From NCBI GenBank assembly GCA_963851265.1, contig CAWKNZ010000002.1, positions 1,664,001 to 1,728,000 of the forward strand: DNA of 64,000 bases, given 5' to 3'. The DNA comes from an uncultured Gemmatimonadales bacterium (GTDB lineage: Bacteria; Gemmatimonadota; Gemmatimonadetes; Gemmatimonadales; Gemmatimonadaceae). This document shows, piece after piece, positions 18,662 through 29,717 of the stretch. The position numbers and the translations under genes are program-made. Each line of letters opens with the position of its first letter. Position 1 is the first letter of the stretch. A model generated the notes under the pieces. It was not told where the DNA came from. It made no database searches and was given only the letters and a program-made list of their open reading frames with translations.

Positions 18662-19714
18662 ATGCTAGTGGTCATGCAGGCCGACGCCACGCCGAGTCAG
18701 ATCGAAGGCGTCTGCGACGCGATTCGCGAGATGGGCTTCGAGCCGCTGCCGATGCCGGGCGCTCAGCGCACCGCCGTCGGACTCATCGGCAACGACGGGC
18801 AGGTGGACGGGTCGCACATCTCGGCAATGGGCGGCGTGGCGCAGGTGCTGTACGTGTCGAAGCCGTACAAGCAGGTCTCGCGCGAGTGGAAGCCCGAGAG
18901 CTCCGTCATCGAGATCGCACCCGGCGTGCGGTTCGGCGCGGGCGAGGTGCCCGTGATCGCCGGGCCGTGCTCGGTCGAGAACGAGCGCCAGATCATCGCC
19001 TCGGCGCACGCGGTCCGCGACGCGGGCGCGGTCGCGCTGCGTGGCGGCGCGTTCAAGCCGCGCTCGTCGCCGTACAGCTTCCAGGGGCTCGGCCGCGAGG
19101 GGCTCGTGCTGCTCGCGAAGGCGCGCGAGGAGACCGGCCTCGCGATCGTCACCGAGGCGCTCGACGAGGAGGGCGCGCACCAGGTCGCCGAGTTCGCCGA
19201 TCTGGTCCAGATCGGCGCGCGCAACATGCAGAACTTCTCGCTCCTGCGGCTCGTGGGCCGGCTCGGCAAGCCGGTGCTGCTCAAGCGCGGCATGGCCGCG
19301 ACCATCCAGGAGCTGCTGCTCGCGGCGGAGTACGTCCTCGCGGCAGGCAACCCCAACGTGATTCTCTGCGAGCGCGGCGTGCGCGGGTTCGATCCGGCCA
19401 CGCGCAACATCTTCGACGTGAGCGCGGTGCCGCTCGTGCACAAGCTGTCGCACCTGCCCATCGTCGCCGACCCCAGCCACGGCGTGGGCGTGCGCGAGTA
19501 CGTGCCGGCGATGGCGCGCGCGGCGGTGGCGGCCGGTGCCGACGGACTGATCATCGAGGTGCACCCGAACCCCGACCGCGCGCTGTCCGACGGCGCGCAG
19601 TCGCTCTACCCCGACCAGTTCGCGAAGCTGATGCGCGAGGTGGACGCCATCGCGCGGGCGATCGGGCGCGAGATCGCCGCGCCGACCGGAACGGGGGTGG
19701 CGGCGGCGGGGTAG
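18662..19714 (+). CDS. aroF: DAHP synthase (class I-beta) with N-terminal regulatory domain
   Basis: [46 protein letters not shown]. Confidence 0.96.
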   Translation: MLVVMQADATPSQIEGVCDAIREMGFEPLPMPGAQRTAVGLIGNDGQVDGSHISAMGGVAQVLYVSKPYKQVSREWKPESSVIEIAPGVRFGAGEVPVIAGPCSVENERQIIASAHAVRDAGAVALRGGAFKPRSSPYSFQGLGREGLVLLAKAREETGLAIVTEALDEEGAHQVAEFADLVQIGARNMQNFSLLRLVGRLGKPVLLKRGMAATIQELLLAAEYVLAAGNPNVILCERGVRGFDPATRNIFDVSAVPLVHKLSHLPIVADPSHGVGVREYVPAMARAAVAAGADGLIIEVHPNPDRALSDGAQSLYPDQFAKLMREVDAIARAIGREIAAPTGTGVAAAG

Positions 19715-19722
19715 ATCGTGGC

Positions 19723-20436
19723 ATGACATCGTCATTCGGATTCACCCGCGGCGCGTTGCCCGCGGGCCTGCTCGCCGCCGCTGCGCTCGCGGCGGGCCTA
19801 ACGGCATCGCCGGCCGGCGCGCAGGACCCGGCGTCGGCCGCGATCGACCGCGCCGCGCAGGCGTTCCGCGCGGCGCGCACCATCCACGCGACGTTCGAGC
19901 AGACGCTCAGCAATCCCGCGACGGGTACGACGAACACCACGTCGGGCGACCTCTCGCTCGCGCAGCCCAACCGCGTCGCGCTCCGCTTCAACAACGCGGG
20001 CGGCGATCGCGTGATCGTCGACGGCCGCACCGCGTGGGTGTACCTGCCGAGTGCGGCGCCCGGGCAGGTGATGAAGCTGCCCGCCCGCAGCACCGGCATC
20101 TCGGGCGTCGAGAGCGTGAGCGAGCTGCTGGCCTCGCCCCGCTCGAGGTACACCGTCGCCGATGGGGGCGCCGCAACGGTCGGCGGCCGGGCGACGCGCG
20201 TGGTCGTGCTCACGCCGAAGGCCGACGGCCAGCCCGTGACGAAGGCGCGCGTGTGGGTGGACGACCAGGACGGCGCCGTGCGCCAGATGGAACTGACCGA
20301 CGCGAACGGGCTGGTCCGCTCGCTGCGCATGACGACGTGGGAGCCCAATGCGAAGCTCGCGCCGTCGACGTTCACGTTCGAGGTCCCGAGCGGGGTTCGC
20401 GTCGTCGATCGGGCGCCGGCGCCGACCGGCCGCTGA
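19723..20436 (+). CDS. lolA: Outer-membrane lipoprotein carrier LolA family protein
   Basis: Signal peptide; ATFEQT, G.L...PNR, VIVDG..AWVYLP, FTFEVPSGVRVVD. Confidence 0.8.
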   Translation: MTSSFGFTRGALPAGLLAAAALAAGLTASPAGAQDPASAAIDRAAQAFRAARTIHATFEQTLSNPATGTTNTTSGDLSLAQPNRVALRFNNAGGDRVIVDGRTAWVYLPSAAPGQVMKLPARSTGISGVESVSELLASPRSRYTVADGGAATVGGRATRVVVLTPKADGQPVTKARVWVDDQDGAVRQMELTDANGLVRSLRMTTWEPNAKLAPSTFTFEVPSGVRVVDRAPAPTGR

Positions 20437-20449
20437 CCCGCGTTCGGCG

Positions 20450-21346
20450 TTAGGCTGGGTCCGAACCGTCCGCCGAGCCACGGCGCGGTCGAGCTTCGGG
20501 CCGCTCGAGCATCGAGGCGATGACGTCTAGACCGCGTCGCGGCGGCGCGCCCGATTCCCGGGCGACATCGACGGTCGCACGCGCGAGCGCGCGGTAGAGT
20601 GCGTCGGCGTCGGCGTCCGCGGTGAGTGCCGCGAGGTGGCGTGCGACGGTCGCGGCGTCGCCGCGCGCGACCGGGCCGGTGAGCGCGGCGGCGGGATCCA
20701 TCGCGGCGCCGACGTTCGCCGCCGCCGACGCGAGCAGCCCGCGTACAGCACCGCGCGCGCCCTCGCGCTCGACCCCCGCAGCCGCGAACAGCCGCTCGGC
20801 GGTCGCGGCGAGTACTACGGGAAAGTTCGACGCGAACACGGCGGCCGCGTGATAGACCGCGCGCGCATCGGGCGCGTCCGGGATCGTGAGGGTGCGCGCC
20901 GCGATGCGGTCCGCCAAGCGACGCCCCATCGTCACCGCCGCCGCGTCGCCGCCGAGCCCGATCCAGACGCCGCGCAGGCGCTCGGCCCCGGAGTTCGGGT
21001 CAGCGAGCGGCACGAGGGGGTGGAACGTACCGACCCCGGCGACGCGGCCGCGAAGGACGGCATCCGACGCGTCGGGCGCGCGGGCGCCGCTCAGCTGCAA
21101 CACCACCGCATGCGGCCCCGGCCCCGCGCGGGTGTGCGCGGCAGCCGCGAGCTCCTCGAAGACGCCAGTCACGGCCGCATCGGGCACCGCGACGATCACC
21201 ACGTCGACGACACCGACCACCGTGGGCAGCGGGCGGTCGCGCCCCCAGGTTCCCAGCACCGGCACGGACGCCGCCTCGAGCGCTGCCGCGAGCGAGCGTC
21301 CGGCCTTCCCCGCCCCGACCACGCACGCGCTCGGCGCGTCCGGCAT
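20450..21346 (-). CDS. Rossmann-like and DUF2520 domain protein
   Basis: VVGAGKAG, VAVPDAA, FHPL, YHAAAVFASN, LTGPVARGD..TVARHL. Confidence 0.9.
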   Translation of the reverse strand: MPDAPSACVVGAGKAGRSLAAALEAASVPVLGTWGRDRPLPTVVGVVDVVIVAVPDAAVTGVFEELAAAAHTRAGPGPHAVVLQLSGARAPDASDAVLRGRVAGVGTFHPLVPLADPNSGAERLRGVWIGLGGDAAAVTMGRRLADRIAARTLTIPDAPDARAVYHAAAVFASNFPVVLAATAERLFAAAGVEREGARGAVRGLLASAAANVGAAMDPAAALTGPVARGDAATVARHLAALTADADADALYRALARATVDVARESGAPPRRGLDVIASMLERPEARPRRGSADGSDPA

Positions 21347-21384
21347 CCCGCCGCGCCGCACGCGCGTCGCCCGGCGCGTACGGC

Positions 21385-23103
21385 CTAACGCGTCGCCGGG
21401 TGCGCGGCCGAGTCGGCCGCGGCACGTGCGCGCGCCACGCTGTCCGCCCGAGCCGCCGCCGTCGCACGCCCGAGCAGTTGCGCGGGCGAGGTCGCGCCGG
21501 CGGCCAGCCCACGCGCGGTGCGGAGGGCGACGTCGTCGACGGCGCGGCGCTGGAACTCCGCGTCGGGGCCGAACACGGTGCGCGCGACCTCGTACCCGAT
21601 CTGCCGGTCGACGAGCGAACGGGCCGCGTCGAACGTCGCACGGGTCATCACGACGTGGCGCGCCGCGAGCCCGCGCCAGACCGCGTCGCGCGAGGCCGGC
21701 GTGACCGCGAAGCCCGGATGCGCGGCAAGCGCGCGCGCGCCCGGGCTCGCCGCGTACTCCGCGACCGCGTCGCGGAACGCGGTCACCTGCCGGCCGAGCG
21801 CGCGGACGAACGCCAACTCGGCCGGGGCGGCGGCGGTGTCGCCGGCCACGACGTCTGGCGCGATGCCGCCGGCGCCGAACACCGTCCGTCCGCCGTCGGT
21901 GTGGAAACGCGGGCGGTGCGCGCCGGCGTTGTCGGGGCTGCTCCCCGGCGCGTCGTCCTCCGCGGCCACCTCGTCCGGCGTGGCGAGCGGGCGGCTGATG
22001 GAGCGCCCGGACGGCGTGTACCAGAGCGCGGTCGTCAGCTTCAACGCACCCCCGCCCGCAACGGGGAAGACGTTCTGCTTGCTCCCCTTCCCGTACGTGG
22101 GCGTGCCGACGACGGCCGCGCGGTCGTGGTCCTGGAGCGCGCCGACGACGATCTCCGCCGCGCTCGCGGTGCCGCCGTCGACGAGCACGACGAGCGGGAG
22201 CCCGGCGTACTGCGCCGGAAGCGAGTCGACGTAGCGGTGCTCGTCGTCGGGCGTGCGGCCGGCCGTGCGCACGACGAGTTGGCCGGGGGCGAGGAACAGG
22301 TCGGCCACCCCCACGCCCTGGTCGATCGATCCACCGGGATTGCCGCGCAGATCGAACACGACCGACGTCGCGCCTAACGCGTGCAGCGAGTCGATCGCCT
22401 GGCGCACCTCCCCGGCCGACGCCGCGGTGAACGCGGCGAGATCGAGGTAGCCGACGCCGTCGCCGAGGAGGGCGACGCGGCGCACCGAGCGGAGCCGGAC
22501 CTCCTCGCGCGTGACCGTGACCGGGATGCGGCCTTCGATCCCCGGCCGCTCGACGACGAACCGCACGGGCGTGTTGGGCGCGCCGCGCAGACGCTTGGTC
22601 GCCTCTTCGGCGGTGAGTCCGTGCGTTGGATCGCCGGCGATCTCGACGATCCGGTCGCCCGCGCGCACCCCCGCCCGCTCACCCGGCGACCCGGGCACCG
22701 GATTCACCACCGTGACGACGCCGTCGCGCACGTCGAGCCGCAGGCCGACGCCGGCGTAGGTGCCCGCGGCGGTCTCGGTCAGTCTCCGCAGGCGCTCGGG
22801 GGTGAGGAGCGCGCTGTTGGGATCGCCGAGTTCGCGTACGAGCCCCACGGCGGCCTGGTCCCGCAGACGTTCGGGCGCGATCGAGTCGACGTACTCGCGC
22901 GCGACGCGGCGGCTCACCTCGTCGAACAGGTGCGCGCCGGCCGCGGTGCTGGGCCCCTGCCCCTGCACACCGCGCCCGACGAGCCACGCCCCCGCGACGA
23001 CGGCCGCGGACAGCGCGGCGAGGACGACCACGGGTTTCGGATGCACGCGCACGCGGGGGGTGGTGGACGGAGCGGAAGGACGCGCCTCGGGACCGGGGCG
23101 CAC
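21385..23103 (-). CDS. S41 family C-terminal processing protease (PDZ)
   Basis: YAGVGL, PDZ domain, DLRGNPGG, TASAAEIV.GALQDHDRA, TYGKGS.Q, YTPSGRSI; start uncertain (23052-23103). Confidence 0.93.
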   Translation of the reverse strand: MRPGPEARPSAPSTTPRVRVHPKPVVVLAALSAAVVAGAWLVGRGVQGQGPSTAAGAHLFDEVSRRVAREYVDSIAPERLRDQAAVGLVRELGDPNSALLTPERLRRLTETAAGTYAGVGLRLDVRDGVVTVVNPVPGSPGERAGVRAGDRIVEIAGDPTHGLTAEEATKRLRGAPNTPVRFVVERPGIEGRIPVTVTREEVRLRSVRRVALLGDGVGYLDLAAFTAASAGEVRQAIDSLHALGATSVVFDLRGNPGGSIDQGVGVADLFLAPGQLVVRTAGRTPDDEHRYVDSLPAQYAGLPLVVLVDGGTASAAEIVVGALQDHDRAAVVGTPTYGKGSKQNVFPVAGGGALKLTTALWYTPSGRSISRPLATPDEVAAEDDAPGSSPDNAGAHRPRFHTDGGRTVFGAGGIAPDVVAGDTAAAPAELAFVRALGRQVTAFRDAVAEYAASPGARALAAHPGFAVTPASRDAVWRGLAARHVVMTRATFDAARSLVDRQIGYEVARTVFGPDAEFQRRAVDDVALRTARGLAAGATSPAQLLGRATAAARADSVARARAAADSAAHPATR

Positions 23104-23792
23104 TACTGAGACTCGACGAGGGCGCGGAATGTTTCGGCGTCGGCCCAGCGCGCGGCGACCGCGGCGTCCGCGAGTGCGGCGGCGACCCGGCCTGCCACCG
23201 CGTCGGGCGTGCCCTCCGCGTCGACGAGCGTGACCGGGCCCACCTCGGGGTGCGCGGCCTGCCACGCCGGATCGGCGGCGCGCCCGAATGCGTCCGCGAC
23301 CCGCGCGTGGAACGCCGCGCCCGCCTGCTCCAGCCGGTCGGGGGCTCCGCGCGCCGCAACGCGTGCCGCGCTCGTCGCGGGGGCGCAGGTCAGGAGCAGC
23401 GTGAGGTCGGGCACGAGGCCGTTCGTCGCGAGCGCGTTTGCCGCGCGCACGCCGCGCGCGTCGAGGCCGCGCCCGGCAATCTGGTACGCGTAGGTGGAGA
23501 GGAAGAAGCGGTCGAGAATGACCACGCGCCCGGCCGCCAGATCGGCCACGACGCGCGCGACGAGCTGCGCGCGCGCGGCCATGAACAGGAGCGCCTCGGC
23601 CCGCGCGTCGATCTCCGCCGCGGGGTCGAGCAGGAGCGCGCGTACGCGCTCGCCGAGCATGGTCGCTCCCGGTTCGCGGTACGTCGCCACGTCGGCCCCA
23701 GCCGCGCCGCACGCGGCCGCGAGCCGGGCCACCTGCGTCGACTTGCCCACGCCCTCGGCGCCCTCGAAGACGACGAGGTGCCCGGGCGGCAT
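23103..23792 (-). CDS. tmk: Thymidylate kinase
   Basis: FEGAEGVGKSTQ, REPG, EALLFMAARAQ, DRF.LSTYAYQ. Confidence 0.96.
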   Translation of the reverse strand: MPPGHLVVFEGAEGVGKSTQVARLAAACGAAGADVATYREPGATMLGERVRALLLDPAAEIDARAEALLFMAARAQLVARVVADLAAGRVVILDRFFLSTYAYQIAGRGLDARGVRAANALATNGLVPDLTLLLTCAPATSAARVAARGAPDRLEQAGAAFHARVADAFGRAADPAWQAAHPEVGPVTLVDAEGTPDAVAGRVAAALADAAVAARWADAETFRALVESQ

Positions 23793-23806
23793 CGCGACGC
23801 CCGCGC

Positions 23807-24160
23807 TCAGGTGAGCGTGATGATCGGGCTCGCCGCGCCCTTCCGGATCCCTTCGGAGATCCACTCGTTCACGCGGGCCATGAGTTTGTCGAAGTTGTCC
23901 TGCGCGGAGACGTAGCGCTGGTAGGTCCCGTTGGTCTGCACCTGCGAGAGCAGCTCGTCGAGCCGGCGCTCCATCTCGTCGGTGGGGTTCTCGCCGCGTT
24001 CGAGCAGGCGCTGCGCGTCCACGCGCAGCTGCTCCATCTCGCGCAGGGCGGCAACAGCCGTGCGGTCCTCGTTCAGCGCGTCGCTCGAGCGCTTCACGGC
24101 CTTGTACTCCTCACTCTGGCCGATCTGACGGCCGAGCTCATTGGCTTTTTCCTGGATCAT
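23807..24160 (-). CDS. YlbF/YmcA family regulator
   Basis: IQEKA.ELGRQI.QSEEYK..K; helical; Y..AQ..F..LM..VN..I pattern. Confidence 0.75.
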   Translation of the reverse strand: MIQEKANELGRQIGQSEEYKAVKRSSDALNEDRTAVAALREMEQLRVDAQRLLERGENPTDEMERRLDELLSQVQTNGTYQRYVSAQDNFDKLMARVNEWISEGIRKGAASPIITLT

Positions 24161-24178
24161 CCCCGTAATAAAGGGACC

Positions 24179-25073
24179 TCAGCGCCGAGCCGCGAGCACG
24201 AACCGCTCGCGTCCCGCGAGGTCGAGGCGCACGGCCACGTCGGCGTAGCGAGCGTCGCTCGACACCAGCTCGGCCGCGATGCCCGCGCGTCGCGCGTCGA
24301 CCTCGAGAGCCAGCAGCCCGCCCGGCGCGAGGAGGGCGGGTGCGTCGCGGACGATCGCCGCGATCGCGGCCATTCCGTCCGCGCCGGCGAACAGGGCGAG
24401 CGCGGGCTCCCAGTCGCGCACGCCGGCCGGCAGCGCGGCCGCCTCGTGGTACGCGATGTACGGAGGATTGCTCACCACCGCCCGCAACTGCCCGCGCATG
24501 TCGTCGACCGGGGCGAGGAACGCGCCGTGGCGGAACTCGACTGCCGCACGCAGCGCCGGGCCCAGGTGCGCCGCGTTGGCGCGCGCCACTTCCAGCGCGT
24601 CGGTCGACACGTCGGTGCCGATCACGCGCTCGAACGCGCCCTCACTCGCGAGCGCGAGCGCGATCGCCCCCGACCCGGTGCCGACGTCCACGACGATGCC
24701 GCCGGGAGCGTCCGCGAGGCGCCCGAGCACCTCGTCGACGAGCACCTCGGTCTCCTGCCGCGGAATGAGCACGCGCTCGTCCACGTCGAGCGTGAGGTGG
24801 CGGAAAGCCGCGCGCCCGACCGCGTACGCGAACGGCGCCCCGCGGGCGCGCCGCTCGGCCGCCGCGTGCGCGGCCGCGACGAGCGCAGGTTCGGCGGGCT
24901 CGGCGGCCCGGAGCGTAGGCCAGAAGCGCGGCTGGTCGGCGAGCGCGGCGACGAGGTCGCGCGCCTCCGCGCGCGACTCGGCCAGCCCCGCGTGCGCGAG
25001 GATCGGCGAGAGCGCGTCGACGAGCCCGCCCACCGTCGTGGCGCGCGTGGAGGCCACCGTCCCTCCCGCGCGG

Positions 25074-25081
<8 letters not shown>
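24179..25081 (-). CDS. prmC: Release factor glutamine methyltransferase
   Basis: VLIPRQETE.LV, DVGTGSGAIA, VSNPPYI, EP..ALF.G.DG. Confidence 0.96.
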
Positions 25082-26156
<1,075 letters not shown>

Positions 26157-26329
26157 GCGAGCGCCCAATCTAGCCGGCTCAGGAGCGTGCCACCGCCGCC
26201 GAACGCCGCCGAGCCATGCGGCAGACGCGCGACGATCGCGTGACCTGCCGCACATGGCCGAGGGACGCTGGACCGCGGGAGAACGCGTGTGGCTTGACGG
26301 CCGTGCGGTCGGTGGCGCACCGTTCCGCC

Positions 26330-27220
26330 ATGTCGAGCATCCCTGCGCCCACGCCCCATCCACGCGTGGCCGAGTTCCTCGGTTACGTCCCGATCCTGCA
26401 ACGCCTCGCGCCCGAGGAGCGGCGCGCGCTCGCCGCGCTCGTCCGGGAGCAGCGGGTCCCGCGCGGCGGCCTCATCGTACGTCAGGGCGATCCGGGCGAC
26501 GCGCTCTACATCGTGCGCTCGGGCATGGTGAAGGTCGCGGTCGTGGGCGATGACGGACGCGAGGTGATCCTCGGCACGCTCGGGCCCACGGCGCACTTCG
26601 GCGAACTCGCGCTCGTCGACGGGCAACCGCGGTCGGCGCACGTGCTCGCGATGGAGCCGACCGCGCTGTACGTGCTGCGACGCGACGATTTCCGGCGGCA
26701 GGTGGAGCAGATGCCGCGCGTGGCGTGGGCGCTGCTCGAGGAGATCTCGCGCCGGCTGCGCGAGGCCGACGCCAAGATCGCGGGGCTCGTCCTGCTCGAC
26801 GTCCCCGGGCGGGTCGCGCGCCTCGTCCTCGACCGCGCGTCGGGGACGCCGGGCGTCGTGGAGCGTGCTCCCACGCACGAGGTGATCGCACAGATGATCG
26901 GCGCGAGCCGCGAGACGGTGTCGCGCGCGATGAAGGAACTGCAGGGCGCTGGTCTGCTGCGCATGGAACGCCGCCTGATCGCGATCCTCGACCGCGAGGG
27001 ACTCGAGCGGCGCGCGGCGCCGGGCGCCGGCGCGCGCGCGAAGGCGGAACGCGCGGCGGCCGACGACGCGGCGAACGACGCGACCGAGCAGCACACGGGC
27101 GAGCACGAGGCGGTCGGCGACGATGCTGCCGGCCACGACGCGGGCGGCCCCGACGCGATGGACGCCGCCGCCTCGCGCGACGCCGGGGGCGACGCGCCGG
27201 CGGTGGTCGCCGCGGGGTGA
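26330..27220 (+). CDS. Crp/Fnr family transcriptional regulator
   Basis: QGDPGDALYIVRSG, FGELALVDGQPRSAHV, HTH THEVIAQMIGASRETVSR. Confidence 0.93.
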   Translation: MSSIPAPTPHPRVAEFLGYVPILQRLAPEERRALAALVREQRVPRGGLIVRQGDPGDALYIVRSGMVKVAVVGDDGREVILGTLGPTAHFGELALVDGQPRSAHVLAMEPTALYVLRRDDFRRQVEQMPRVAWALLEEISRRLREADAKIAGLVLLDVPGRVARLVLDRASGTPGVVERAPTHEVIAQMIGASRETVSRAMKELQGAGLLRMERRLIAILDREGLERRAAPGAGARAKAERAAADDAANDATEQHTGEHEAVGDDAAGHDAGGPDAMDAAASRDAGGDAPAVVAAG

Positions 27221-28092
27221 GCGCAGGCGGCAGTCTCGCGCTCGTCTGCTGGGGGGTTCGCGGCTCGGTTCCGGCGCCGGGTCCGGCGACCGCGCGATAC
27301 GGGGGAAACACGCCGTGCGCCGAAATCCGCGCGGCCGACGGGCGGTTGCTGCTGCTCGACGCGGGCACCGGAATGCGGCCGTTAGGCGCGGCCTGGGGCC
27401 CCGGGCCCGACGTCCCGGACGCGGAGATCGACGTGCTCGTCTCGCACGCGCACGGCGACCACCTGCACGGCCTCGGCTTCTTCGCGCCGTTCGTCGCCGG
27501 GCAGGCCCGCCTCACGCTCCACACCGCGCTGGGACAGGTCGCGGCGATCGAGGCGGGCGTGCGCGCGATCCTGGCCCCGCCGCTCTTCCCCACCATCGAC
27601 GGGCTGCTCGCGCGCGTGCACGTGCGGGGCCTCGATCCCGACGCGACGACCACCGTCGCCGGCTTCGACGTGCGCGCGCTCGAAGCGGCACACCCGGGAG
27701 GAGCCGCCGGCTTCCGTGTCACCGACCCGGACGGGGGTGGCTCGCTGGTGTACCTCCCGGACAACGAACTCGCCGCGGTCGAGACGTTGGGCGGCGGCCG
27801 CGGCGCGCTGCTCGCCGCGATCGCGGACGCCGACCTGCTGATCCACGACGCGACGTACCTGCCGGCCGAGTTGACGAGACATCGGGGGTGGGGGCACTCG
27901 TCGTACGCGGAGGCCGTGCGGCTCGCGTCGGACGCGGCGATCGGGAAGCTCTTGCTGCATCACCACCATCCGTCGCGGGACGACGACGGGGTGGATCGAC
28001 TGCTGCGGGTGGCGAGAGGCCTGGGGGAGGCGGCGCGGCCGGGGGTGGAGGTGGGCGCGGCGACGGAAGGGGAGGTGGTGCGGGTCGCCTGA
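27217..28092 (+). CDS. MBL-fold metallo-hydrolase (possible cNMP phosphodiesterase)
   Basis: WGVRGS.PAPG..T.RYGGNT.C, LDAGTG, SHAHGDHLHG, GWGHSS, HHHP.RDD. Confidence 0.85.
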   Translation: MSAGGSLALVCWGVRGSVPAPGPATARYGGNTPCAEIRAADGRLLLLDAGTGMRPLGAAWGPGPDVPDAEIDVLVSHAHGDHLHGLGFFAPFVAGQARLTLHTALGQVAAIEAGVRAILAPPLFPTIDGLLARVHVRGLDPDATTTVAGFDVRALEAAHPGGAAGFRVTDPDGGGSLVYLPDNELAAVETLGGGRGALLAAIADADLLIHDATYLPAELTRHRGWGHSSYAEAVRLASDAAIGKLLLHHHHPSRDDDGVDRLLRVARGLGEAARPGVEVGAATEGEVVRVA

Positions 28093-28126
28093 CCCGTTCC
28101 GCGTCTGCGGCTGCGGGCGGGATGCC

Positions 28127-29707
28127 TCAGGCGGGCCCCCAGCCCCCCCCGCCCGGCGTTTCGATCCTCACCACCTCCCCCGCGCGCACCTCCACCCGGC
28201 ACTTCGCGGACAGCGCCGTTTCGCCTAACGCGTTCCGCCCGGTCATCCCGTCCGCGCCGCCGCTTGCCCCCCGCGGCGCCCGCGCCCGCCGCTCGGTGAG
28301 GAGGGTGACCGTACAGGGTGCGAGCGCCCGGTACTCCCGCACGATCCCGTCGCCACCGGCGTGCCGCCCCGCACCGCCCGACCCCTCGCGCACCGCGTAG
28401 CGCTCGACGCGCAGCGGGTAGGCCCGCTCGAGCGCCTCGACCGGCGTGTTGAGCGTGTTACTCATCCCCACGTGCACCCCGGTGGGCCCCGGCCCGCGCG
28501 ACGACGCGCCCTGCCCTCCGCCTAACGTCTCGTAGAACGTCCACGCGCCCCCGCCCGACTCGCCGCCGAAGGTCACGTTGTTCATCGTCCCCTGCCCCTG
28601 GGCGGCCACGTCGAGCCCGGCGGCGGCGAGCGCGGCGAAGATCACGTCGGTGAGTCGCTGCGACATCTCGACGTTCCCCGCCGCGACCGCCGCCCCGCGC
28701 GGCGCGTCCGCCGCGCACCCCGCCGGCACCGTGAGGACGACGGCGCGCCCGACCCCGTCGTTGGTCGGGACGTCGTCGTCGACGAGAGTGCGGACGGCGA
28801 ACACCCCCGCCGCGCGCGCGACCGCTCGCGGGCAGTTCACGTTGCCCCGCACGCGCGGCGACGTGCCCGCGAGGTCCACGTGCAGGCGCCCGTCGCGCAC
28901 CTCGACCGCCGCGCGCACGGGCACGGGCGCGTCGCTCACGCCGTCGCCCTCGAGCGCGTCGTCGGCCACGCCGCGTGCACCCTCGTACCGGGCGAGGCGC
29001 GCGCGCGTGCGCCGTTCCGCGTAGTCGAGCAGTGCTGCGCAGGCCGCGCGCACGCGTGCGCCGCCCTCCCGCGCCCACAGCGCGCGCCACGCGTCGCGCC
29101 CCGCGGCACAGGCCGCGAGCTGCGCGCGCAGGTCGCCGCGGCGCTCCTCGGGCGTGCGGACGTTGGCGAGCACGATCGCGAGTACGTCGGCGTCGGGCGT
29201 GCCCGGCGGATCCGCCTCGGCGCGCACGAGGCGAACCGGCGGCAGCACCAACCCTTCCTGGACGAGCTCCGTCGCGCCCTGCGGCATGCTTCCGGGACTC
29301 ATCCCGCCGACGTCGGCGTGGTGAGCGCGAACGGCCGCAAAGCCGATCAACCGCTCCGCGTCGTCCGGATCGGCGATCACCTCGACGAGCGTGAGGTCGG
29401 GCAGGTGCGACCCACCGGCGAGCGGGTCGTTGAGCAGGAACACGTCGCCCGGGCGCGGGCCGCGCGCGCGCACGGCCGCGACCGCCTCGGGCATCGCGCC
29501 CAGGTGGACGGGGATGTGCGCCGCCTGGGCGACCATCGCGCCGTCCGCGTCAAACAGGGCCGACGACGCGTCGCGCCGCTCGCGGATGTTGGGCGAGAGC
29601 GCCGTGCGTACGAGCAGCGCGCCCATCTCCTCCGCGATCATCGCGAGCGCGTGCCCCCACACCGGGAGGGCGAGCGCGTCGATCGTCTCGTGCCGCTCGG
29701 AATTCAT
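28127..29707 (-). CDS. Hydantoinase B/5-oxoprolinase family
   Basis: SPNIRERRD.S.ALFD, HIPVHLG, GGSHLPD, QGTMNN, NTPVEALE. Confidence 0.93.
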   Translation of the reverse strand: MNSERHETIDALALPVWGHALAMIAEEMGALLVRTALSPNIRERRDASSALFDADGAMVAQAAHIPVHLGAMPEAVAAVRARGPRPGDVFLLNDPLAGGSHLPDLTLVEVIADPDDAERLIGFAAVRAHHADVGGMSPGSMPQGATELVQEGLVLPPVRLVRAEADPPGTPDADVLAIVLANVRTPEERRGDLRAQLAACAAGRDAWRALWAREGGARVRAACAALLDYAERRTRARLARYEGARGVADDALEGDGVSDAPVPVRAAVEVRDGRLHVDLAGTSPRVRGNVNCPRAVARAAGVFAVRTLVDDDVPTNDGVGRAVVLTVPAGCAADAPRGAAVAAGNVEMSQRLTDVIFAALAAAGLDVAAQGQGTMNNVTFGGESGGGAWTFYETLGGGQGASSRGPGPTGVHVGMSNTLNTPVEALERAYPLRVERYAVREGSGGAGRHAGGDGIVREYRALAPCTVTLLTERRARAPRGASGGADGMTGRNALGETALSAKCRVEVRAGEVVRIETPGGGGWGPA

Positions 29708-29717
29708 CGCGCCTCCG

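Noticed and set aside
14115..20436. Long alternative-frame and antisense ORFs (e.g. 14115-15680, 15875-17410, and the upstream parts of 15923-18574 and 17899-20436)
   Set aside because: Arg/Ala/Pro-rich shadow ORFs expected at this GC content; only the 3' parts matching known families were kept
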